The notes beneath the pieces were generated by a model. It was given only the letters and a program-made list of their open reading frames with translations. It was not told where the DNA came from and made no database searches. From an uncultured Hyphomicrobiales bacterium (GTDB lineage: Bacteria > Pseudomonadota > Alphaproteobacteria > UBA828 > JAPUJA01), in the NCBI GenBank assembly GCA_964631625.1, contig CAZVZP010000001.1, forward strand, positions 1 through 47,801: a stretch of 47,801 nucleotides of DNA. The letters run 5' to 3'. This document shows, piece after piece, positions 34,055-41,625 of the stretch. Each line of letters starts with the position of its first letter. Position 1 is the first letter of the stretch. The translations under genes were made by a program, and so were the position numbers.

Positions 34055-36109
34055 ATGGTCACGCCCGAGCAGACCTTCGGCCAGGCGCTCGGCCATCATC
34101 GGGCCGGCCGGCTCGAGACCGCCGAACGGCTCTATCGCGAGGTACTCGCTGCGGTGCCCGGGCATTGCGATGCCCTGGTCAACTTGGGCGCCATCGCGGC
34201 GGCCCGGAGCCGCTTCGACGAGGCGGCGGCGCTGTCGCAGCGCGCGCTTGAAAACAACCCGCAGTGCCTCAACGCGCTCGTCAACTTGGCCGCGGCACGC
34301 TACGCCCAGGGCGACGCCGATGGCGCGGCCGAGGCCCTCGAGCGTGCCGTCGGACTGGCGCCGCAAGATTTGCCGCTGCTGCTCAATCTGGCCGGTTTGC
34401 GACGCGCACAAGGGCGCGCGGCGGAGGCGCGTGCGCTGCTCGAGCGCGCCCACGAGCGCGCACCGAGCGATCCGGAGCCGCTTGTTCAACTGGCACTCGA
34501 GGCGCTCGCCGGAGGCCGCTTGGAAGAGGCCGAGCGCCATCTGCGTGCGGCCCTCGCGCGCGAGCCGCGCCACGCCGAGGCCCAGTTCAATCTGGCCCGG
34601 CTGCGCGAGCAGGCGGGCGATGCGCAAGGCGCGGTCGAGCATTACCGCCGGGCCCTTCAGGCAAACACCCGACATCCGGGCGCGCTCAACAACTTCGGCC
34701 TCTTGCTCGACAGGCTGGGCAAGAAGGCCGAGGCCGCAATGCTGCTGCGCCGTGCTGTTGCCGCCGAACCCGCCCGGGCGGAATTTCATTACAATCTGGG
34801 CAGCGTGCTGGCGGATCAGGATGAGTTCGACGGCGCCACGATTGCGCTCGGCGAGGCACTGCGCCTCAATCCGGGCTACCGCGAGGCGCGGCTCCGCCTC
34901 GCGAATCTCTACACCGCAACCGGCGCCTACGAGGCGGCCGAGCGCTGCTACCGCTCCGTGCTTGCGCAGGAACCAAGCCACGCGGTCGCCCACGCCAACC
35001 TGGGTGTGCTTCACGAGTACCGGGGCGCCATGGCCGAGGCCGAGGCCGAGTTCCGGCAAGCCATCGCCCTCGATCCCGGTTACGCCGCGGCGCACTTCAA
35101 TCTCGCGTTGCTCCTGTTGCGCGAAGAGCGTTTCGCCGAAGGCTGGCGCGAGTACGAGTGGCGCTGGCAGGTGATCGACAGCCTGCCCCCGCGGGCGCCC
35201 CTGCCGCTGTGGGACGGCAGCCCGCTCGATGGCCGCGGCCTCCTCGTGCTGGGCGAGCAGGGCCCCGGGGACATGGTGATGTTCGCGCAATGCTTGCCCG
35301 AGGTGCTCGAACAGACAAATCGGGTCGTGCTCACCGCCGAGCCCCGTCTCGTGGACCTGCTGGCGCGCTCCTTTCCGCGGGTCGAGATAAGACCAGCCGA
35401 TTATCGGGAAGTGCCGGACGTTCCCGAAGGCTGCGAGGTCGCTCTTGCGATCGGCAGCTTGCTCGGCCTCTTTCGCCGTCGGCCGACGGACTTCGCGCAC
35501 ACGCACATCCCCTACCTCGTGCCCGATCCAGAAGCCGTCGCGCGCTGGCGCGAACGCTTCGCCGCCCTCGGCCCGGGCCCTAAGATCGGTCTCTCCTGGG
35601 CCGGCGGCGCGAGCCCCAGCGAGCGGCGTTTCCGCGGCCTCGATAGTGCCGACCTCGAGCCGCTGCTCGAGCTTCCCGAATGCCGTTTCGTCAATCTGCA
35701 ATACGGTAAACGCCGAGGCGATGGCACGGTGCTGGCCGAGCGGACCGGAATCCCGATTGCCGACTGGGCCGACGCGGATCCGGTGAGCCGCTTCGATGAC
35801 CACGTGGCGCAAATCGCTTGCCTCGATGCCATCGTCTCGGTCGCGAACACGGTCATCCACGCGGCGGGCGCGCTTGGCACGCCCGCGCTGGTGCTCACTC
35901 CCGCGACGCCAAGCTGGCGCTGGGGGCTCAGGCGAAGCCACTGTCTCTGGTATCCGGCCGTCGAACTCTTGCGCCAAGGCGCGGGCGAGCCCTGGCGGGC
36001 GGTCGCCGAGCGCGCCGCCGCGCGGCTCGCGCATCGGCTCGCACGCCGGGAGGGCGACGAGGCGGCCGAGGCGCGCGCACCGATGGGACCGGCAGATTTT
36101 GCCGCTTAA
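34055..36109 (+). CDS. TPR repeat + GT9-like glycosyltransferase, paralog 2 of 5
   Basis: 684 aa from ATG 34055 (MVTPEQTFGQALGHHRAGRLETAERLY). About 9 TPR units. C-terminal motifs are GEQGPGDMVMF, IGLSWAGG, LDAIVSVANTVIHAAGALGTPALVLTPATPSWRW and CLWYPA. Confidence 0.8.
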   Translation: MVTPEQTFGQALGHHRAGRLETAERLYREVLAAVPGHCDALVNLGAIAAARSRFDEAAALSQRALENNPQCLNALVNLAAARYAQGDADGAAEALERAVGLAPQDLPLLLNLAGLRRAQGRAAEARALLERAHERAPSDPEPLVQLALEALAGGRLEEAERHLRAALAREPRHAEAQFNLARLREQAGDAQGAVEHYRRALQANTRHPGALNNFGLLLDRLGKKAEAAMLLRRAVAAEPARAEFHYNLGSVLADQDEFDGATIALGEALRLNPGYREARLRLANLYTATGAYEAAERCYRSVLAQEPSHAVAHANLGVLHEYRGAMAEAEAEFRQAIALDPGYAAAHFNLALLLLREERFAEGWREYEWRWQVIDSLPPRAPLPLWDGSPLDGRGLLVLGEQGPGDMVMFAQCLPEVLEQTNRVVLTAEPRLVDLLARSFPRVEIRPADYREVPDVPEGCEVALAIGSLLGLFRRRPTDFAHTHIPYLVPDPEAVARWRERFAALGPGPKIGLSWAGGASPSERRFRGLDSADLEPLLELPECRFVNLQYGKRRGDGTVLAERTGIPIADWADADPVSRFDDHVAQIACLDAIVSVANTVIHAAGALGTPALVLTPATPSWRWGLRRSHCLWYPAVELLRQGAGEPWRAVAERAAARLAHRLARREGDEAAEARAPMGPADFAA

Positions 36110-36138
36110 TTGGCGAAACTTTCCGGCAACTTTTGCCG
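36090..36138. promoter_or_regulatory. Two CGGCA-N5-TGCCG dyads upstream of the flagellin sigma-54 promoter (candidate enhancer)
   Basis: CGGCAgatttTGCCG (36090-36104) and CGGCAactttTGCCG (36124-36138). Their centres are 34 bp apart, and about 116 and 82 bp upstream of the -24 GG. Confidence 0.45.
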
Positions 36139-36211
36139 ACCCGTTTACGCCGGAAAAAGACAACCCGTTGAAAATGCGCGCTCGAAGGCCTTGCGAGGCA
36201 AGTGCGGATCG

Positions 36212-36227
36212 TGGCACAGCGTTTGCA
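36212..36227 (+). promoter_or_regulatory. Sigma-54 (-24/-12) promoter of the flagellin gene
   Basis: TGGCACagcgtTTGCA, a full consensus match, 82 nt upstream of the fliC ATG. Confidence 0.75.
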
Positions 36228-36240
36228 GCATTAAGGGCCA

Positions 36241-36258
36241 GGACGGCGGAGTCCGTCC
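36241..36258 (+). promoter_or_regulatory. 5'-leader hairpin presenting GGA in the loop (candidate CsrA binding site 1)
   Basis: GGACGG-cGGAgt-CCGTCC, at the predicted 5' end of the fliC mRNA. A second GGA lies within the SD AGGAG at 36295-36299. Confidence 0.4.
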
Positions 36259-36308
36259 CATCGACGGCAAGTAGCCGGAACCAACCATCCATGTAGGAGA
36301 TCATTCCA

Positions 36309-37475
36309 ATGGCTCTTAACATTATTTCGAACTACGCTGCGAACGTTGCGCAGCGCAACTTGGTTCGGACCGACGCCGCGGCCACCGCTTCGCTCGCGAA
36401 GCTGTCCTCGGGCACTCGCGTGGTGAGCGCCAAGGACGACGCCGCATCGCTCGCCATCGGCAAGCGTCTCGAGGCCGAAATCGGTGCCCTGCGCCAAGCG
36501 CAGGTCAACGCCGGTCAGGCCGCGTCGATGCTGCAAATCGCCGACGGCGCGCTGGCGACCCAGGCCGACATCATCGTCCGGATGAAGGTCCTGGCCGTAC
36601 AGTCCTCCTCGAGCCAGCTGTCCAGTACCGAGCGTACACTCCTTAACAACGAGTTTACCTCGCTGCGGGATGAGTTGAACCGTATCGCCCAAGACACAGA
36701 CTTTAACGGCATAAAGTTGCTGAGCGGCTCGACCACGTTCTCGGCGAGCTCGGTCGGCACCGACATCGCCGTGGTGGACGGCTTCGAGCAGTTCATCTTC
36801 GGCTCGGATCCGGGCGGCACGTTCATCTCGGCGGGCGATACCATCGCCATCACCTACAACACCGGCACGGACATCTTGACCGTGACGAACGAGGTGACGG
36901 GTCAGGCGGAGACGGCGAGCGTGAGCGCGGCGCCTTCGGCGGGTTCGTTCTCGGATGTGGTGTTCGGCGATTTCGGCCTCACCGTCCGCTTGAACTCGCT
37001 GTTTGCGACCGGCACCGCGGTGACCGGCGCCAACGCAAAGTTCATCGTGGCCGGCGGCACGTCGAACACGCTGACGCTCTCGTTCCGTGTTGGCACGGGC
37101 ATCAACTCGGAGGATGTCATCAGCTTCTCGCTAGGCAAGTCCACCGCCGTGGCCCTTGCAGCGGGCCTTGACACCGACGACATCCTGACGGTGGCAGCGG
37201 CCGAGACCGCAATCACCGACACGACGACGGCAATCGACGAGGCTAACTCCATCCGAGCCGACGTGGGTGCGGCCCAGAACCGGGTGACCTTCGCGGCCTA
37301 CAACCTCGGGTCGAGCATCGAGAACGCGGAAGCGGCTCGAAGCAACCTGTTGGACCTCGACATCGCGGCGGAGACGACGAACTTCGTCTCCAAGCAGATC
37401 CTGTTCCAGGCTGGTGTGGCCATGCTCGCGCAGGCGCAGCAGCTGCCGCAGGCCCTGCTCAAACTCCTCGGGTAA
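36309..37475 (+). CDS. fliC: Flagellin
   Basis: 388 aa. The conserved N-terminus is LAKLSSGTRVVSAKDDAASLAIGKRLEAEI. The C-terminus is RADVGAAQNRVTFAAYNLGSSIENAEAARSNLLDLDIAAETTNFVSKQILFQAGVAMLAQAQQLPQ. The variable middle is Ser/Thr/Ala/Gly-rich. Confidence 0.95.
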   Translation: MALNIISNYAANVAQRNLVRTDAAATASLAKLSSGTRVVSAKDDAASLAIGKRLEAEIGALRQAQVNAGQAASMLQIADGALATQADIIVRMKVLAVQSSSSQLSSTERTLLNNEFTSLRDELNRIAQDTDFNGIKLLSGSTTFSASSVGTDIAVVDGFEQFIFGSDPGGTFISAGDTIAITYNTGTDILTVTNEVTGQAETASVSAAPSAGSFSDVVFGDFGLTVRLNSLFATGTAVTGANAKFIVAGGTSNTLTLSFRVGTGINSEDVISFSLGKSTAVALAAGLDTDDILTVAAAETAITDTTTAIDEANSIRADVGAAQNRVTFAAYNLGSSIENAEAARSNLLDLDIAAETTNFVSKQILFQAGVAMLAQAQQLPQALLKLLG

Positions 37476-37491
37476 ACCCGAGCGGAAGCGT

Positions 37492-37516
37492 GGCGGAGGG
37501 GAAAATCCCCTCCGCC
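37492..37516 (+). terminator. Hairpin after fliC (terminator/attenuator candidate)
   Basis: GGCGGAGGGG-aaaat-CCCCTCCGCC, a 10-bp stem 17 nt after the stop. No T-tract. Confidence 0.5.
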
Positions 37517-37568
37517 GCCTTCCTCAACCCGAGAGCATATCGCGGAGTAAGGCTTCGGTAGAACGGCC

Positions 37569-37865
37569 ATGCGGATACCGGATGCGATTCCCCTCCAGGG
37601 GCAGCCCGCCGCCATCCGCCATGCCCGTACCGAGGCGGTGAATGCGACCCCGCGCGTCGCCAAGGACAAACGCGACGATCCCTATCGCCGTCGCGACTAC
37701 GACGACGGAGCGGTGGACATAACGCTCGTTCACGCCCAGCCGGAGCCCGACGCGGGCCAGCCCGCGGCCCCGGCGACGGCACCGGAAAACGAGCCTTCGG
37801 GCGAGGAAGGACATACGGAAACCGACCGGCCGAGGGGCCAGCATCTCGTCGACCAGTCGGCATAA
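37569..37865 (+). CDS. Hypothetical acidic, Pro-rich 98-aa protein at the flaG position
   Basis: The ORF sits between fliC and fliD with high GC3 throughout. Only the C-terminal GQHLVDQSA weakly recalls FlaG tails. The SD is weak. Confidence 0.35.
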   Translation: MRIPDAIPLQGQPAAIRHARTEAVNATPRVAKDKRDDPYRRRDYDDGAVDITLVHAQPEPDAGQPAAPATAPENEPSGEEGHTETDRPRGQHLVDQSA

Positions 37866-37914
37866 GAAAGTAGCGAGACAAAGCAACTCCTTTACGGACT
37901 TCGAGCAGACGATC

Positions 37915-40900
37915 ATGGAATCAGTGTTCAACCTGGGCTCGCTCACCGTCGATCCGACGACGGGCCGCGCGAGCTTCTCGGGTCTCGGCACCGGCATCGA
38001 CATTCAAGGCGCGATCACGGCGATCCTGCAGGCCAAGCGGCTGCCGGCGGTCACGCTCGAGACCCGCATCACGGCAAATCAGGAAAAGATCGTAGCCCTC
38101 CAGGCGCTGCGCACGGCCTTGAATGCGGTCAAGAGCTCGCTCAACCGCTTGCGCGGCGCGGTCAGCGTCGGCAACACGAACAACGTGTTCCACGCCAAGA
38201 CCGTGTTCGCCAGCACCTCGCGCCTCGACGGGTTGAGCCCCTCCGCGGCCGGCAATCTCGTCGGGCTCACCGTGTCGAACGCGGCGGCCAAGGGCGTGCA
38301 CGAGATCGAAATCCGCCGCGTCGCCACGGCGCACAAGATCGCGAGCTCGAGCTTCGCGAGCGCGAGCACCGCGCTCGGCCTCTCCGGTTCCTTCCAGATC
38401 GGCAGCGGCAGCACGGCCGCGACGATCACGGTCTCGGCCACCGATACGCTCCTCGACATCCGCGACCGAATCAACAACGCCAACACCGGAACCAACGCCA
38501 CGGGCGTCTCGGCAAGCATGGTCACGGTGAGCAGCACCCAGAACATGCTCGTGGTCTCGAGCGATGCGACCGGCGAGACCCTTCAGATCACGGATTCGGG
38601 CAGCGTGCTCTCGGGCCTCGGCCTGTCGGCCACAGGCGGTGCGGGCGGCTACCGCAATGGGCTCGCAAGCAGCAAGATCGAGAGCACCGATGGCTTCGAC
38701 GCGGTTCTCTTCGACGGCACCGAGGCCGACAACGCCTTCCGCCTGAGCTACGTCGCGGCGACCCGCACGCTGACGCTGACCCGGGGCGACGGCACCTCCG
38801 AGTCCGTGACGCTCTCCGCCGATACGATCGCGGCGGGCGAGACGGAAGAGGCGAGCTTCGACGACTTCGGCGTCACGGTCATGCTCAATTCGAGCTTCAA
38901 CAAGGCCGCCGACATTACGGTGAGCGCCGATACGGTATCGATCACGGGCGGAACGGGCGCGATCGATGCCGGCACGGTGACCATCGCCGACAGCGCCGGA
39001 AACATTTCCGGGATCACGAGCTCGACGCTGACCTTCGGCAACCTCGCCACGCCCGCGGCGATCAGCGTCTCGGTCGGCAGCTTTACCGGCACCTTCAACG
39101 GCACGAGCACCGGCACCAAGACGGTTACGCTGACAAACGGGAGCAATTCGCTGACCGTGCAGTTCAACGTGACCACGGTTTTCGACGGCACCGAGACCGC
39201 CGGCTCGATCACGCTCAACGAGCTCGAGAATGCGCTGGGCGCCACCGGCGACCCGTTCGCAAGCGTCCTGCAAAGGCCGCAGAGCGCGCGCATCACCGCC
39301 GACGGCCTGACCGACGGCACCCATCACGAGTCGCTCGTCGTGGCCGATTCCTCCGCCCAACTCGGCACCTACCTGAGCGATCTGACCTTCCCCGGCAGCT
39401 TCACGATCAACGGAACGAGCTCGCGCACGATCAACTTCGCCTCGACCGACACGCTCGAGACCCTGCGCGACGCCATCAACGTCGAGACCGTGAACACCGG
39501 GGTGACGGCCACCATCGTCGAGGATGGCGGCGGCTACCGCCTCGACTTCGACTCGGCGAGCGCGTTCACCCTCACCGATACGACCGGCTTGCTCGGCGAG
39601 CTCGGTGTCAACAACGCGCTCGTCATCGAGCGCTCGAGCAACACCGTGACCGATCTCTTCGCGGGCGTCACGCTTTCGCTCTTCGCGGCCGAGCCGCGCA
39701 CGACGATCAAGCTCGAAATCGAGCAGGACCTGAGCGGGGTCAAGACCGAGATCACGGGGTTTGCCACCGCCTACAACTCGGCACGTTCGATCATCAACCA
39801 GCACCAGCTGACCGATTTCACGACCGGCGTCAAGAGCGAGGATGCCGACGTGCTGTTCGGCAACCGCGTGCTCGCCGACGCCCAGCGCCGGCTCGCCAAC
39901 GCCGTGAGCGAGGATGTGTCGGGCGTCGATGCCGCCTTCGCGGTGCTCCGCCAGATCGGCATCGAGCTCGTCGACAACACGCTGATCACCGATCCTCTGC
40001 TCAAGGACACGCTCGAGATCGACGAGACCGCGCTCGATCAGGTGCTGCTGTCCAATCTCGCCGACGTGCGCCGCCTCTTCGCCTTCGAGTTCACGAGCTC
40101 CGATCCCCGTGTGGTTTTGAGCCGCTTCACGGCGAACACCCAATACTCGGCCTCGGGCTATGTGCTCAACATCGGCACCTTCGGCCAGCGCAACAAGGAT
40201 TCGGCGAGCGTTGCGAGTGCAAGCGCCATGCTCAACGATGCGGTCAATAGTTTTGGCGCCACCACCTCGGGCAGCTTCACCGTCAACGGCGCGTCCGTTG
40301 CCTACAACGTCGCCACGGACACCCTCGATACGCTGATCAGCAACATGAATGCGGCGTTCGTTACGGCCGGCAACGACGTCACCGCGAGGAAACGCACCGA
40401 CGAGGACGGCAACTTCTTCATCGATCTTCAATCAAACACCCAGACGGCGCTCACGATCGGCGGGGATACGGGCGACCTCGTAGCACTCCTCAACTTCCAG
40501 CCCGACCTCGACATGCTCGACAGCGCGAACATCGGCGGAGCCGCGAACGGCAGCGACGACGGCAGCGCCACGGTCTCGGGGCGCGCGATCACGGCAACCG
40601 ATCAGACCTCGGCCGACGGCCTCGGGGTGATCTACACGGGCACGGGCTCGGCCAGCGCAATTCAGATCGACTTCACCGTGGGGGTCGCCGCCGACCTGTT
40701 CGATGCGCTGGAGCAGTTCGTCGATACGATCGACGGCTCGATCCAAGGGGAGATCGCGGCTCTCGAAGCCCAGAACGAGGTATCCCAAGACCGGGTCGAG
40801 CAGATCGATTTCCGACTCGATCTCTTGCAGGCGTCTCTGCTCGCGCGCTTCGTCGCGATGGAGACGGCGCTCACCCGCATGAAACAGCTTCTAGAGGGCC

Positions 40901-40941
40901 TCAAGGTCCAGTTCGAGGCGCTCAGCAATGCCAACAAGTAA
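37915..40941 (+). CDS. fliD: Flagellar filament cap protein FliD (HAP2), unusually long (1008 aa)
   Basis: The N-terminus is SGLGTGIDIQGAITAILQAKRLPAVTLETRITANQEKIVALQAL. The FliD_C-like region is LFAGVTLSLF...ITGFATAYNSARSII, followed by the terminal coiled coil IDFRLDLLQASLLARFVAMETALTRMKQ. There are three GSFxI/VNG...TDTL...IN modules. Confidence 0.9.
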   Translation: MESVFNLGSLTVDPTTGRASFSGLGTGIDIQGAITAILQAKRLPAVTLETRITANQEKIVALQALRTALNAVKSSLNRLRGAVSVGNTNNVFHAKTVFASTSRLDGLSPSAAGNLVGLTVSNAAAKGVHEIEIRRVATAHKIASSSFASASTALGLSGSFQIGSGSTAATITVSATDTLLDIRDRINNANTGTNATGVSASMVTVSSTQNMLVVSSDATGETLQITDSGSVLSGLGLSATGGAGGYRNGLASSKIESTDGFDAVLFDGTEADNAFRLSYVAATRTLTLTRGDGTSESVTLSADTIAAGETEEASFDDFGVTVMLNSSFNKAADITVSADTVSITGGTGAIDAGTVTIADSAGNISGITSSTLTFGNLATPAAISVSVGSFTGTFNGTSTGTKTVTLTNGSNSLTVQFNVTTVFDGTETAGSITLNELENALGATGDPFASVLQRPQSARITADGLTDGTHHESLVVADSSAQLGTYLSDLTFPGSFTINGTSSRTINFASTDTLETLRDAINVETVNTGVTATIVEDGGGYRLDFDSASAFTLTDTTGLLGELGVNNALVIERSSNTVTDLFAGVTLSLFAAEPRTTIKLEIEQDLSGVKTEITGFATAYNSARSIINQHQLTDFTTGVKSEDADVLFGNRVLADAQRRLANAVSEDVSGVDAAFAVLRQIGIELVDNTLITDPLLKDTLEIDETALDQVLLSNLADVRRLFAFEFTSSDPRVVLSRFTANTQYSASGYVLNIGTFGQRNKDSASVASASAMLNDAVNSFGATTSGSFTVNGASVAYNVATDTLDTLISNMNAAFVTAGNDVTARKRTDEDGNFFIDLQSNTQTALTIGGDTGDLVALLNFQPDLDMLDSANIGGAANGSDDGSATVSGRAITATDQTSADGLGVIYTGTGSASAIQIDFTVGVAADLFDALEQFVDTIDGSIQGEIAALEAQNEVSQDRVEQIDFRLDLLQASLLARFVAMETALTRMKQLLEGLKVQFEALSNANK

Positions 40942-41521
40942 CGGCGACGCCCCCAAACAGCCGCGCGTGCTCACGCCGGAACAGCGCGAGCGCCGGCGGA
41001 AGTTCTACGAGTACTGCAAGGCCAAACGAGTCGACAAGACCAGCGCGCCAGCGCGCCCGCTGTGGGAGAACCGCTACTGGTCCCAGGAGATTCTTTCGGC
41101 CTCGCCGCTCGAGTGCCTGGTCAAGCTCTACGACGGCGCCATCCAGTTCCTGCGCCGCGCGGAAAGCGCGACCAAGGGGGGCGATATCGCCGCGCGCTAC
41201 GAGGCGAGTCAGCGGGCCGCGCGCATCATCGAACATCTGGCCGACACCCTCGACCTGCAGCAGGGCGGCGAGGTGGCCGGGAAGCTCGACGCCATCTACA
41301 AGACGGCCCTGCGTCGCCTCATCGAGGTGAACACCCGCAACGACGCTCAGGCCGCGCGCGACGTGATCGGCCTCTTGGAGCCGCTCGTCCGCTCCTGGCG
41401 CGAGCTCGGCGCCCGGCAAGCGGGTGAGGCCGCGCGGCGTGCCGGCCGTCCTCTATTCCCCACCGAGGAGACGCCGCAGGGCAACGGCCGTCCCCGGCAA
41501 GGGGTTTCCGCTACCGTCTGA
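40928..41521 (+). CDS. fliS: Flagellin-specific export chaperone FliS with ~45-aa basic N-terminal extension
   Basis: 197 aa. The FliS core is YWSQEILSASPLECLVKLYDGAIQFLRRAE...AARIIEHLADTLDLQQGGEVAGKLDAIYKTALRRLIEVN...LLEPLVRSWREL. The start overlaps the fliD 3' end by 14 nt. Confidence 0.8.
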   Translation: MPTSNGDAPKQPRVLTPEQRERRRKFYEYCKAKRVDKTSAPARPLWENRYWSQEILSASPLECLVKLYDGAIQFLRRAESATKGGDIAARYEASQRAARIIEHLADTLDLQQGGEVAGKLDAIYKTALRRLIEVNTRNDAQAARDVIGLLEPLVRSWRELGARQAGEAARRAGRPLFPTEETPQGNGRPRQGVSATV

Positions 41522-41579
41522 GGTCATGCGTTGAAACAATCCGCGCTCGAAGTCCTCAACCCCTGACCTCACGGCGGGC

Positions 41580-41615
41580 GCGCCGGACCGGGCAACCGGT
41601 CCGGCGCTTTCTTTT
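41580..41615 (+). terminator. Rho-independent terminator after fliS
   Basis: GCGCCGGACCGG-gcaa-CCGGTCCGGCGC, a 12-bp perfect stem followed by TTTCTTTT. Confidence 0.85.
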
Positions 41616-41625
41616 GTCGGCACGC

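Noticed and set aside
37921-40431. 836-aa minus-strand ORF antisense to fliD. Similar long antisense ORFs: 11690..14365 (+, 891 aa), 33959..36322 (-, 787 aa), 26271..27674 (-, 467 aa), 24201..25328 (-, 375 aa), 31885..33288 (-, 467 aa), 17568..19136 (+, 522 aa).
   Set aside because: All lie opposite genes with unmistakable family signatures. Their translations are Arg/Ala/Gly/Asp-rich with no motifs, as expected for open shadow frames in GC-rich DNA.
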